Positions 1 through 8,988 of a stretch of DNA of 64,000 nt are shown one piece after another. A program made the translations under genes and the position numbers. How positions within the stretch are numbered: the first letter of the stretch is position 1; every line of letters begins with the position of its first letter. The DNA is taken from positions 352,001 to 416,000 of the forward strand of contig JBJOMY010000001.1 of NCBI GenBank assembly GCA_046052125.1. Reading direction: 5' to 3'. Below the pieces are notes generated by a model that was given only the letters and a program-made list of their open reading frames with translations, was not told the DNA's origin and made no database searches. The stretch is from Cyanobacteriota bacterium. Lineage in GTDB: Bacteria > Cyanobacteriota > Cyanobacteriia > PCC-6307 > Cyanobiaceae.

Positions 1-1
1 C

Positions 2-1498
2 CAACCCGTGGAGCGGGTGGTGCAAATCGGCAGCGCCAAAAACCTGGCGCGCCTGCTGCAGCGGGCCGGCCGCAGCGCCCACTGCCCGGGGGGCACCTCC
101 CAGGTGCTGTTCATGCCCACCAATGCCCTCGAGCTCCTGGAGGTGAGCGCCATGCGCCGCGGGCTGGAGAACGGACTGGTGGAACACCGGCGGCCGCCGC
201 AGCTCCCGCTCGATGTGCTGTTGCAACACCTCACCAGCCTCGCCTGCGGACCGGGCCTGCATCCGGAGCAGGAGCTGGAGACGGTGCGCAGCTGCTGGAG
301 TTTCCGCCAACTCACGGACGCCCAGTGGCAGTGGTGCCTCACCTTTCTGGAGCATGGCGGCGAGTGTCTGGGCGCCTATCCCCGCTATCACAAGCTCGTA
401 CGCGACGGCGATGTCTACCGAGTGGTCGACAAAACGATCGCCCGTCTGCATCGCTTCAACATCGGCACGATCACGGCCGATCGATCCGTAACCGTGCGGT
501 TTGTACGCGGCGCCGTGATTGGCCACGTGGAGGAAGCCTTCATCGGCCGGCTCAAACCCGGTGATGTGTTCTTCTTCGCCGGCCGGCAGCTGGAGTTCGT
601 GCGGCTGCGCGAGATGACAGCCCAGGTGAAAGCCACCAGCAAGAAGAGCTCCACTGTGCCGGCCTGGGCCGGGGGGCAGATGGCGCTTTCGGACCTGCTC
701 AGCCGCCATCTGCGCGATGAGGTGGATCGCTGCGCCCGCGCCATCGATGGCGAATCCAGGCTGGATACACCGGAGCTCCAGGCCCTGGAGCCGCTGCTGC
801 AACGGCAAGCGAATCTTTCCGGCCTCCCCCGCAGCGATCAATTGCTGGTGGAGATCTGCCGCAGCCGCGAAGGCAGCCATCTATTTGTTTATCCCTTGGA
901 AGGGCGCTTTGTGCATGAGGGCATCGGCTTCCTCTGGGCCTGGCGCCTGGCCCGCCATCGCGCCAGCACGATCACGGTGTCAGTGAACGACTACGGCTTT
1001 GAGCTGTTGGCGCCAAAGACTTACCCGTTTGAGGAGCTGCTCGATCTCCATGGCGATGATCTCTTGGAGATCAACAACCTGGCGAGCGATCTGGAGCAGG
1101 CCCTCAACTTCTCCGAGCTCTGCCGGCGCCGGTTCCGCGCCATTGCCCAGGTGAGCGGCCTGATCAGCCAGGCGATGCCCGGACAAAACAAAACAGGCGG
1201 CCAGCTGCAGATCAGCGCCGCTCTGCTGTTTGACGTATTCCAAAAACACGAACCTGGCAGCTTGCTGCTGGAGCAGGCCCGGCGCGAGGTGTTAGAGGAG
1301 CAGCTGGAGTGCGAACGACTGCAGGCCGCGCTCGAGCGCATGCAAGGGTGCACCTGGAGAGTGGAACGGATTGCCCGTCCGGGTCCGCTGGCGTTCCCAC
1401 TGCTCGTGGAGCGCCTGAACAATCGGCTCAGCAATGAATCGCTGCTGGATCGTGTGCAGCGGCTGATCAACGAAGCGCAACGGGCTGAAGCCCTGTGA
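2..1498 (+). CDS. Lhr-like ligase-associated DNA damage response DEXH-box helicase (5' partial)
   Basis: Frame is open from the window edge. Helicase motif VI (LLQRAGRSAH), PLDVLLQHL, NIGTI and RRRFRAIAQVSGLI are typical of Lhr-core helicases. Confidence 0.9.
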   Translation, partial: QPVERVVQIGSAKNLARLLQRAGRSAHCPGGTSQVLFMPTNALELLEVSAMRRGLENGLVEHRRPPQLPLDVLLQHLTSLACGPGLHPEQELETVRSCWSFRQLTDAQWQWCLTFLEHGGECLGAYPRYHKLVRDGDVYRVVDKTIARLHRFNIGTITADRSVTVRFVRGAVIGHVEEAFIGRLKPGDVFFFAGRQLEFVRLREMTAQVKATSKKSSTVPAWAGGQMALSDLLSRHLRDEVDRCARAIDGESRLDTPELQALEPLLQRQANLSGLPRSDQLLVEICRSREGSHLFVYPLEGRFVHEGIGFLWAWRLARHRASTITVSVNDYGFELLAPKTYPFEELLDLHGDDLLEINNLASDLEQALNFSELCRRRFRAIAQVSGLISQAMPGQNKTGGQLQISAALLFDVFQKHEPGSLLLEQARREVLEEQLECERLQAALERMQGCTWRVERIARPGPLAFPLLVERLNNRLSNESLLDRVQRLINEAQRAEAL

Positions 1499-1523
1499 AC
1501 GCCATCGGCATCAGAGTGACCAG

Positions 1524-1928
1524 ATGGTGAGCGCACTTCTCAACATCCTCTGGGTGGTGCTCGGCGGCCTGGTGATGGCCCTGGGCTGGTGGCTGGCAGG
1601 ACTGGTGTGCGCGCTCACGATCGTGGGCTTACCCTGGGCGCGCTCCTGCTTCGTGATCGGGGCCTTTTCGCTCTGGCCCTTCGGTCAGGAGGCGGTGAAT
1701 CGGCGAGAGTTGCACGGCCGCGGCGACCTGGGTACCGGCAGCCTCGGTCTGCTGGGCAACGTGATCTGGTTTCTGTTGGCGGGTTGGTGGCTGGCGATCG
1801 GCCACCTCACCTCGGCGCTGGCCTGTTTCATCACGATCATCGGCATTCCCTTCGGGATTCAGCACATCAAGCTGGCCCTGATTGCTCTGGCACCTGTCGG
1901 GATGACGGTGGTGCCGATCCGCCGCTGA
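1524..1928 (+). CDS. YccF domain inner-membrane protein
   Basis: Duplicated unit LNILW..GG..ALGW..TIVGLPW / GNVIWFLLAGWW..TIIGIPFG. Confidence 0.9.
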   Translation: MVSALLNILWVVLGGLVMALGWWLAGLVCALTIVGLPWARSCFVIGAFSLWPFGQEAVNRRELHGRGDLGTGSLGLLGNVIWFLLAGWWLAIGHLTSALACFITIIGIPFGIQHIKLALIALAPVGMTVVPIRR

Positions 1929-1937
1929 TCGCAGGAA

Positions 1938-2816
1938 TCAGCCGAGCTCCAGGCAAGCGAGCCCGTACACATCCAGCAACGACACCTTCGGCGGCTCACC
2001 GCGGTACATCCGAATCGTGTGACTGATGGAGCCGAACCCCAGCCGCTCCAGCAATCGCGCCGCTGCAGGATTGGCGGCAGGTGCATCGATCAGCACCACA
2101 CCCGGGTGGCGAAGCAGCAAGGCGCGCAGCAACAGCTCAGCCGCTTCCTCGCTCTCCGCCATCAGCGGGCCGATTCGCCATCCTTCGCCGCGCGCCAACA
2201 GGCACGGCCGGATCCGCCCGAAGCCATGACAGACGCCCTCGGCATCAATCAGCGCCAGGACTGAACCCGCGGGATGGTTCAACCACTGCGCCAGAAAATG
2301 CGGGCGTGGACTCGGCTCGCGCTGTGCATCAAAGCGTTGAACAGCCATCTGAGGAATGGCGGAGTCGGCCAGCAACTGCCACGGCTCAGGTAGGGCAGGA
2401 GATTGCGGTGATTCACCATCACTGATCGTTTGCCAGCGCACCGTGGCGGAGGCAGGAGCAAATCCCCAGGAGCTATACACCTCCACCAACTCGGGTGCTG
2501 CCTCAAGTCCGATGCAGGGAAGATCGCTGAGGTGGTCCATGGCATGGCGCCAGAGCTCCTGGCCGTAGCCCTGTCCTCGCCAGGGCGAAGCCACTAGATA
2601 GAGGCCGATGAAGCCGTAAGCAGCGTTGTAGCGGACGCCTGTTATGCAGCCAATCGGCTCACTCCCCAGCCAGCCGAGCCAGATGCCCTGGCGGTCGGTC
2701 TGCCGGTAGATCGACACATCACCGCGGCCCGGAGCGAAACCCTCACGCCGGGCCCATTCCGTGATGCAGGGAATTTCACTAGCCGCCAAGGGCTCAATGC
2801 GCAGAAAAGAGGCCAT
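1938..2816 (-). CDS. Tandem GNAT N-acetyltransferase (YitH-like)
   Basis: FIGLYLV..WRGQGYG acetyl-CoA motif plus a second domain with WRIGPL; start placed at ATG 2816. Confidence 0.85.
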   Translation of the reverse strand: MASFLRIEPLAASEIPCITEWARREGFAPGRGDVSIYRQTDRQGIWLGWLGSEPIGCITGVRYNAAYGFIGLYLVASPWRGQGYGQELWRHAMDHLSDLPCIGLEAAPELVEVYSSWGFAPASATVRWQTISDGESPQSPALPEPWQLLADSAIPQMAVQRFDAQREPSPRPHFLAQWLNHPAGSVLALIDAEGVCHGFGRIRPCLLARGEGWRIGPLMAESEEAAELLLRALLLRHPGVVLIDAPAANPAAARLLERLGFGSISHTIRMYRGEPPKVSLLDVYGLACLELG

Positions 2817-2923
2817 GGCACGAGGCAACAGCTTCAGGCTGGCAAGAGCAGCTCAAAACTGTTGCTGCATGAAGTTTCCGCAGAAATCCCAGCTGCAGCA
2901 GCTGGCTGAGTAAGGCTTGCCAC

Positions 2924-3085
2924 ATGAGCGTCATGCACTGCCCCCTCTGCATCGGTTTGGCTGTTCTCTCGATCGGCCGGGCCATGGCCCACCTGAACCT
3001 GGTCGCGCTGATGGTGTTGCCGAACTGGCATGCCAATCGCGAATCAAGCGGAATGGTGATTCCAACAACGCTGCACTCACTCTGA
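2924..3085 (+). CDS. Small hypothetical protein with CxxC and hydrophobic segment (53 aa)
   Basis: Hand-translated MSVMHCPLCIGLAVLSIGRAMAHLNLVALMVLPNWHANRESSGMVIPTTLHSL*; below the ORF-track cutoff. Confidence 0.55.
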   Translation: MSVMHCPLCIGLAVLSIGRAMAHLNLVALMVLPNWHANRESSGMVIPTTLHSL

Positions 3086-3295
3086 TCGCGGCTAGCGAGG
3101 CAGCAGGGGCCACTCCAGCTCCTGACTGAAGCGAACGAAGAACAAGGCATTCCGCATAACGCACAGCGAAGCGCAAGCAGATGCCACCAGTGCCGGAGTG
3201 ACGAAAACCGCACGCAAAACACCGGTCAAATTGGAAGCGAGGGGATGCAGCAGCACGGGCTGAGCGTTATTGTTCCGGGGATTCAATCCCTTTCC

Positions 3296-3658
3296 ATGCT
3301 CACCGGTTCTGAACTGCTGGCCAAAGTCAAGGAACTTGGCGACGTCTCCAAATCCGACCTGGTTCGTAGCTGCGGCTATGTGAGCACCAAGAAAGATGGT
3401 GGTGAGCGACTGAATTTCACCGCCTTCTATGAAGCGCTGCTGGAAGCCAAAGGTCTAAGCCTGGGCAACGACGGTGTTGGCCGCGGCAAAGGTGGCCGCA
3501 AGCTGAGCTACACCGCCACCGTGCAAGGCAATGGCAACCTGCTGATCGGCAAGGCGTACACCGCCATGCTGGATCTCAAGCCCGGCGATGAATTTGAAAT
3601 CAAACTGGGCCGCAAACAGATCAAGCTGATCCCCGCAGGCGGCACCGAAGAGGAGTGA
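3296..3658 (+). CDS. Cyanobacterial AbrB-like transcriptional regulator (cyAbrB)
   Basis: LTGSELLAKVKEL..KSDLVRSCGY..FYEALLEAKG..VQGNGNLLIGKAYT..GDEFEIKLGRKQI. Confidence 0.95.
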   Translation: MLTGSELLAKVKELGDVSKSDLVRSCGYVSTKKDGGERLNFTAFYEALLEAKGLSLGNDGVGRGKGGRKLSYTATVQGNGNLLIGKAYTAMLDLKPGDEFEIKLGRKQIKLIPAGGTEEE

Positions 3659-3701
3659 TCGGCTCGGCCATCACGCCTTCCATTCACACGGATCTCCCCT
3701 C

Positions 3702-3727
3702 AACCCCGGCCGACGCCGGGGTTTTTT
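3702..3727 (+). terminator. Rho-independent terminator after cyAbrB
   Basis: AACCCCGGC-CGAC-GCCGGGGTT followed by a T-run. Confidence 0.85.
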
Positions 3728-3785
3728 CATGCCCACCACAGCAGAGCCGCCCAGCACTTAACGTGTTGTTACATTCCGATCCGCC

Positions 3786-3977
3786 GTGGAACAACCCTCT
3801 CTCAGTCGCCAATTTGCGATCGCGATGCACGAGCGTTCGATTGACAGCTGCGATGACATCGAGCAGCTGCGCGAGGTGGCCAAAACCCTGCTGCGCGCCT
3901 GGCAACTCCAAGCCTCATTCGCCGAAGAGTACGCAGGGCAACTGATGGGCATTACGCCACTAAAAAACCGCCCCTGA
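3786..3977 (+). CDS. Small two-helix protein, possibly NblA-like
   Basis: 63 aa, GTG start, SLSRQF..IDSCDDIEQLREVAKTLLRAWQLQ. Confidence 0.65.
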   Translation: MEQPSLSRQFAIAMHERSIDSCDDIEQLREVAKTLLRAWQLQASFAEEYAGQLMGITPLKNRP

Positions 3978-3986
3978 AGGGCGGTT
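3962..3986 (-). terminator. Intrinsic terminator for the rbp gene (possibly bidirectional)
   Basis: AACCGCCC-CTGAA-GGGCGGTT preceded by an A-run (T-run on the minus strand). Confidence 0.7.
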
Positions 3987-4021
3987 CAAGCCGCGATCCG
4001 GAGATCGCGACCGTCAGAGGA

Positions 4022-4303
4022 TTACCAGCGGTTGCCGCCGCCGCCACCACCGCCACCGGCGGGACGCGGCTCAGCTTTGTTCACACGGATCATGCGGCCC
4101 ATCCACTCCACGTTCTGGAGGTCGTCGATCGCTTTCTGCTCATCGGCTTCGCTGGCCATCTCAACAAAAGCGAAACCACGCTTGCGGCCAGTGTCGCGAT
4201 CGAGGGGCAGGCTGCACTTACGCACAGCGCCGTACTCGGCGAACAGGCTCTGAAGGTCCTCTACTTCGGCATCGAAGGAGAGGTTACCCACGTAGATAGT
4301 CAT
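4022..4303 (-). CDS. RRM-domain RNA-binding protein (Rbp family) with Gly-rich tail
   Basis: RNP2 IYVGNLS, RNP1 RGFAFVEM, C-terminal GGGGGGGG. Confidence 0.97.
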   Translation of the reverse strand: MTIYVGNLSFDAEVEDLQSLFAEYGAVRKCSLPLDRDTGRKRGFAFVEMASEADEQKAIDDLQNVEWMGRMIRVNKAEPRPAGGGGGGGGNRW

Positions 4304-4597
4304 GTAATGCGTGAAAGGTATGAACCCGATTCGTTGAATGCCCTGAAGAAAGTTGCTGGCCGAGTGGTGAAATCCTTAGAACCCGCCGCCTGGAGAAGAA
4401 ACCTGCTGAAGAGTGGTCGTTGAATCAGCACCACCCTACTGCACCCCTGCAGTGGCCATGGGGACACTCCCAGGGTGAATGTTCAAAAAACCCTGAGAGC
4501 AGCAACTCCCCAGAGCACTCCCTCATCACGGCATGCTCAATCCGTTCATAGCCACCCCGAACCCATCGGCCAACCCGATGGAGGGAAGGCTTGGTCT

Positions 4598-5089
4598 TCA
4601 AGCGTTGGACACGGGCACAGCGCTAGTCGCGGCATCCCGGTTCTGGGGCGTGACCAGGGCGGAGACAAGCCCGGCATCAAAGGAAAAGCGACCGGGCCCC
4701 ACCAGCAGGATTGCGAGGCTGCCCCCCAGATAGAGGACCACCAGCTCCAACACATACATGGTGAGACCCGCAGTAAGGATGTGCTGCAACGCCGCCATCG
4801 CCATGGTGCTCGTCAGCGCTAAAGCGCTGAAGGGGGTCAGTAAGCCCAGCACCACCAACCAGCTGCCGATGAGCTCGGAGAAACCGGCCACGTAGGCAAA
4901 AAACAGGAGCATCCCCACCGATGCGAGCAAACCAGGGCGCTGCAGATAGGCCAGCAGCGGCGGGGCCAACGGCTGGAAGCGATCCGTGAAACCAGTGCTC
5001 AACCGCGGCAGGCTGCGGGTGAGGAAAAACAGAGCCAACAAGGCGCACAGAAAGGCGGTCAGCAGCTCGACAGGGTTGTCGAAATGCAT
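4598..5089 (-). CDS. DoxX family membrane protein (appears internally deleted)
   Basis: FFAYVAGFSELIGS..LGLLTP..ELVVLY..GPGRFSFD C-terminal DoxX features. Confidence 0.75.
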   Translation of the reverse strand: MHFDNPVELLTAFLCALLALFFLTRSLPRLSTGFTDRFQPLAPPLLAYLQRPGLLASVGMLLFFAYVAGFSELIGSWLVVLGLLTPFSALALTSTMAMAALQHILTAGLTMYVLELVVLYLGGSLAILLVGPGRFSFDAGLVSALVTPQNRDAATSAVPVSNA

Positions 5090-5260
5090 GGGGGCCTAGC
5101 ACTGGAGCGATCCCGCCGGTTTTTCTGAAGAAACGTGAAGCACCTCTCATTCGCCGAAAATGCAGCCCTGAAAACCGCGGGCGCGATCAAGAGGGGTCCC
5201 GAGATCCGCCCCAGGACTAACCGCAACCGCGCAACGCAACGATCCTGTTACACGCCTCCC

Positions 5261-5439
5261 ATGGCCGTTGGCGAGCTCTTCCTCGGTTCATTCACACCAG
5301 GCGTGTCACGCCAGCTGAAATGGATTGGCTGATCACACGGCACGACTGCTGCACGCGCGAGGAGCAAGCCACCCTGCAGCGGCTCGGTCGCTTACTGGAT
5401 GACGGAACCATCCACCTCGGATGCCGGCTTGCTCCCTGA
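5261..5439 (+). pseudogene. Frameshifted small conserved picocyanobacterial protein
   Basis: MAVGELFLGSFTPGV in one frame continues as TPAEMDWLITRHDCCTREEQATLQRLGRLLDDGTIHLGCRLAP* after a 1-nt shift at about 5305. Confidence 0.6.
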
Positions 5440-5622
5440 GCTTCCTGACCTTGGCTGAACCTGCTCCAGCTCAACACCCCGTTCATCCACCAGTCGATAA
5501 ATCCGCCCGGTGATCTGGGCTTTGGCACGAGCCGTAAGAACGGCGTGAACCCGGCTCCGCCTCCTCACCTCACAGATCCATACCGTTTCATCCACGCCGC
5601 GGCTCTGAATCACGATGGGCAC
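5392..5622 (-). CDS. Hypothetical protein
   Basis: 76-aa ORF (GTG start) with plausible composition; its 3' end overlaps the convergent pseudogene. Confidence 0.45.
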   Translation of the reverse strand: MPIVIQSRGVDETVWICEVRRRSRVHAVLTARAKAQITGRIYRLVDERGVELEQVQPRSGSSGSKPASEVDGSVIQ

Positions 5623-5770
5623 GGCGCAGGAGCGTTAGGGCTTGCCCTTCACTGTCATCACGGCACTGAGATTCCGGTGAGATCAGCAGACAAGCTTCGG
5701 GATCAACGGCCAAAGGCTCAGATCATTTTCTCAACTACTCACCAGGACACTGAACGGGCGAAACCGCAGC

Positions 5771-6427
5771 TCAAGGGGTGCAGGGCCCATTGGCTGTGAT
5801 CACCACCTCATCACCCAGCTTTACGGTGTTGAGCACGGCCTGCAGTGCTGGCTGGGCCAGGTTGATGCAGCCGCCTGTCACCTTCTGGCCGATGCGTTGG
5901 TCGTTGTTGCTGCCGTGAAGGGCAAAGCTGTACCAGCGAAAGGTGCCGTCGTAGCGATTGAAGGCAAACGGCTGCTTCACGCTGATCACAGGGGCCAGGC
6001 TTACATAGCCAATCCCGTATTCACCAGCTTCTCCATCGCCGCTGAAGTCGATGGAGTTCATGTTCTTGAACAGGGTTGATCTGAGCTCCGCTTCTGTTTT
6101 GCCCGACTGAGCAAGCAGCGCCGGCTGCATCTCAAAGCGCGTCTGCGTGAGGATCGCATTCACCTTGAAGCGTCCCAGAGGGGTGTAGCCCTCTTCAAAG
6201 CGCGTTCCAGGGCAGGTGACGCCAAGGCGTCCATAGCCCACTTTGAACAGCTGGCGCTGATCGTCTTCGCGGAGCACCGCAAAACTCTTGGCGGGATCCT
6301 TCAGATCAAGCTCGATCCGGATCGATTCAGAACCCCCTGATGCCAAGGGCGTGGCCTTCTGGCCATGGCCGCAACCGGCCAGGGCCAGCGTGATCCCCAC
6401 AAGGGTGAGCGCGGAACAACGGCGCAT
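5771..6427 (-). CDS. L,D-transpeptidase (YkuD) family lipoprotein
   Basis: Lipobox LAGC; TPLGRF; catalytic FALHG..VTGGCINL. Confidence 0.85.
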   Translation of the reverse strand: MRRCSALTLVGITLALAGCGHGQKATPLASGGSESIRIELDLKDPAKSFAVLREDDQRQLFKVGYGRLGVTCPGTRFEEGYTPLGRFKVNAILTQTRFEMQPALLAQSGKTEAELRSTLFKNMNSIDFSGDGEAGEYGIGYVSLAPVISVKQPFAFNRYDGTFRWYSFALHGSNNDQRIGQKVTGGCINLAQPALQAVLNTVKLGDEVVITANGPCTP

Positions 6428-6447
6428 CGCTCGTTAAAGCTGTCGCC

Positions 6448-6999
6448 TCATGATGCCGAGGATGACGGCTCATGGCTGTAAGCGTCGATAAACAAGTTGG
6501 TGACTGCATCGAACAACCAGGGCGGGACCTCGAAGCCACAGCCATCGACATAGCGCATCAGGGCCTGATCCAGATCCCGATGCAAGGCAATGCACTGGGC
6601 CGCCGAAAGAGCTAGGGCGCGTTGATAAACCGCCGAATCTGTTTTGCCGAGGTGAAACAATCGACAGCCTTCATCGATCACTGCTTGCAACGCAGGATCA
6701 CGCAAGTCCACAGTCTCTCCTCCAACCAGTGGCAAAAGGCGGTTGCGGATGACAGCACGCACAATGTCGAAGGAACGCTTGGCTTGCTCAGGTCCCACGC
6801 GCAGAAGATCCTCGCGCTGCTCGCGAATCTGGATCAAGGCATTCATCAGTTCCGCCGCCTTAAATAGGGCTAAACTCTGCCTCTGATCAGCACTCAATGC
6901 TTCGAGCTTGTCGAGGAACATGCCCACCTCGGCCAAAAAGGTTTGCTCCTTGTCTTGCAGAGCAAGGCAGCGGCGCCAGGGATGATCAGGTGGGGCCAT
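6448..6999 (-). CDS. Hypothetical protein
   Basis: 183-aa helical-looking ORF, co-oriented with its neighbours and separated by short gaps. Confidence 0.7.
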   Translation of the reverse strand: MAPPDHPWRRCLALQDKEQTFLAEVGMFLDKLEALSADQRQSLALFKAAELMNALIQIREQREDLLRVGPEQAKRSFDIVRAVIRNRLLPLVGGETVDLRDPALQAVIDEGCRLFHLGKTDSAVYQRALALSAAQCIALHRDLDQALMRYVDGCGFEVPPWLFDAVTNLFIDAYSHEPSSSAS

Positions 7000-7017
7000 G
7001 TAATAAAACCAAGACGC

Positions 7018-7287
7018 TCAAAAGATGCCGAGCGTTTTCTTCTTGCAATATCCGGCACCAATGTTCATCCAACCCGAGGGGCAGGGTTGCCCGTTGGTGG
7101 GTTGCACCTCGTAGTTGATCGGTGAAACGCAATGCTGCTTGAGGTCATTCACATAACCCAGCGGACAGTCGTTGTAGCCGGGCAGTTTCGGGATCCTGGT
7201 CTGCGCAGACACCGGCTGGATCGATAGCAGCCATGGCACCACGCCCACACCGGCGGCCAAAGCGATCGGAAGACTCCTCACCCACAT
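7018..7287 (-). CDS. Small secreted Cys-containing hypothetical protein
   Basis: Signal-like N-terminus ending VSA-Q; repeated CPxG(Y/W)..C units. Confidence 0.7.
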   Translation of the reverse strand: MWVRSLPIALAAGVGVVPWLLSIQPVSAQTRIPKLPGYNDCPLGYVNDLKQHCVSPINYEVQPTNGQPCPSGWMNIGAGYCKKKTLGIF

Positions 7288-7374
7288 ACGGATCAGCTGC
7301 GAAAAGATTAGATCTGAACTGCGGCGATGGGAGGATTGGTCTGCGTCTTCGGGATTGCACGCCACCGTCCTGCC

Positions 7375-7581
7375 ATGACTTACATCGTGAACAGCCACGA
7401 CGCCTGGGGCACCGCCGCGGTGGGGGAGTTTCAGTCGCTCGAGCAGGCGCGTGAGGTATTCAACGCTCTCCGCAACGACCGCTGGTTTATCGCTGATGGC
7501 GGCGTGAAGGGTCTATCGATCGTGGATAGCAGCCTCGAAGGCGGGCGCACCATCGAGAGGTTCAGCTTCCAGCAAGGTTGA
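7375..7581 (+). CDS. Hypothetical protein
   Basis: MTYIVNSHDAWG..GEFQSLEQAREVF..DRWFIADGGVKGL; good codon usage. Confidence 0.7.
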   Translation: MTYIVNSHDAWGTAAVGEFQSLEQAREVFNALRNDRWFIADGGVKGLSIVDSSLEGGRTIERFSFQQG

Positions 7582-7664
7582 AGATTCCCGAAGCGATGCT
7601 GAAAAGAGTGTGAGCGAACACCGCCCAACAGGCCGCGCGCTGATCAGGATGGCCACTCGAGTGG

Positions 7665-7907
7665 ATGGATGCGGGGATGGCACTGCAACGGATTTATCGC
7701 CTGATCGATGCCTGCTGCGAACCCCATCAGCACCTCGACGATTGCTACAGCAGCCTGGATGAGGCGATCACCGATGCGGTGGCCTGGCTGGAGCAGATCA
7801 CCGCTGAGCCCCAGCAGCAATGGATCGGTGTGGAAGTGTGCGCCGCCAACGGCGACTGGCGCACCTACCGGCTGCCGATGCCCCTGCTTTGCGCTCTACC
7901 GGGCTGA
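7665..7907 (+). CDS. Hypothetical protein
   Basis: YRLID..PH..LDDCYSSLDEA..IGVEV..NGDWRT; good codon usage. Confidence 0.7.
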   Translation: MDAGMALQRIYRLIDACCEPHQHLDDCYSSLDEAITDAVAWLEQITAEPQQQWIGVEVCAANGDWRTYRLPMPLLCALPG

Positions 7908-7913
7908 TCCAGC

Positions 7914-8132
7914 TCAGTCGGCTTCGCCCTTGGTCCAGTAGCGATACAGCCAAACGCCTGCACCGCCCCAGAGCAGGGTCCAGAGCGCAAAGGTGATGCC
8001 GGTGCCGATCTGGCCCGTCTCCAGGGAATACACGCCGGCATTGATCAGCCCGGCGTCGATCAGAGAGCCGCCGATTCCCCAACCGAGCACCCAGGTGAAC
8101 AGGAAGCCGATCGCCTGAAGGTTTCCGGTCAT
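7914..8132 (-). CDS. Small two-TM membrane protein
   Basis: 72 aa with two hydrophobic helices; ATGA overlap with the SOD stop codon. Confidence 0.8.
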   Translation of the reverse strand: MTGNLQAIGFLFTWVLGWGIGGSLIDAGLINAGVYSLETGQIGTGITFALWTLLWGGAGVWLYRYWTKGEAD

Positions 8133-8815
8133 GCGGCTGCGCTAAAACGTGCGTTCACTTCGTTCCAGTTCACCAGATCCCACCAGGCGCTGATGTAGTC
8201 GGGCCGGCGGTTTTGATAGTTGAGGTAGTAGGCGTGCTCCCAAACGTCGAGGCCAAGCAGGGGTGTGCCGCGCTCGATCTCCGGCAGATCCATCAGGGGG
8301 TTGTCCTGGTTGGCGGTGCTGGTGATCGCCAGGCTTCCGTCGGTGGTTCGGATCAACCAGGCCCACCCCGAGCCGAAGCGGGCTGCTGCCGCCTGGCTGA
8401 ACTGGGTTTGCATCGCCTCAAGCGAGCCAAAGCTGCCGTTGATTGCTTGCAACAGATCCGGCGAGGGCTCACCGCCCTGGCCTGGTGGCGCCATCACCGC
8501 CCAGAACTGGCTGTGATTCCAGTGGCCGCCGCCGTTGTTGCGCACCGCCACCGGAAAGCGCGAGATCTGCCCCTGCAACGCATCAAGACTGAGCTTCGCC
8601 AACGACGGGTTGGCCTTGATCTGCCCATTGAGGTTGGCCACGTAGGCAGCGTGATGCCTGTCGTGGTGGATGGTCATGGTGGTGGCGTCAATCGCCGGCT
8701 CCAAAGCATCGGGCGCGTAGGGCAGCGGCGGCAGCACAAATTCAGCCCACACGGGCAGCGCACCAGCCAGAAGCAGCACCACCGCCGCAGCCGCGCTGCA
8801 CAGCACTCTCAACAT
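8129..8815 (-). CDS. sodA: Fe/Mn superoxide dismutase, Mn-type signature, with N-terminal signal peptide
   Basis: [46 protein letters not shown]; leader ending VWA. Confidence 0.93.
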   Translation of the reverse strand: MLRVLCSAAAAVVLLLAGALPVWAEFVLPPLPYAPDALEPAIDATTMTIHHDRHHAAYVANLNGQIKANPSLAKLSLDALQGQISRFPVAVRNNGGGHWNHSQFWAVMAPPGQGGEPSPDLLQAINGSFGSLEAMQTQFSQAAAARFGSGWAWLIRTTDGSLAITSTANQDNPLMDLPEIERGTPLLGLDVWEHAYYLNYQNRRPDYISAWWDLVNWNEVNARFSAAA

Positions 8816-8988
8816 CCATTCATTCGCTGTTGATCCCAGCCTGACGGATTCACCGGCGGGGTGGGCGAGACCACGCAGCCGCCGCCTGACTCCGACAGAG
8901 TGATCGAGCAGCAGTCAGGGCCATGCTCCTTCTCAATCCGTTGTGTCCGATCAGCGCCGCGAAGATCGCCGGTCTGAAGGCCACGGTG

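Noticed and set aside
2794..3222. 142-aa minus-strand ORF
   Set aside because: Implausible composition; overlaps the better-supported plus-strand micro-ORF and the GNAT start.
3759..3772. TAA-N8-TAC upstream of the NblA-like ORF as a possible NtcA site
   Set aside because: The left half deviates from GTA; too weak to call.
3816..3823. HIP1 octamer GCGATCGC, with scattered copies elsewhere
   Set aside because: A common cyanobacterial word; enrichment cannot be judged without counting against expectation.
5223..5239. Three GCAAC direct repeats upstream of the frameshifted gene
   Set aside because: Irregular spacing and too short to distinguish from chance.
7273..7286. ACTCCTCACCCACA resembling the Yfr1 sRNA motif ACUCCUCACAC
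   Set aside because: Imperfect match, antisense to a CDS start, with no flanking stems or guaB-trxA context.
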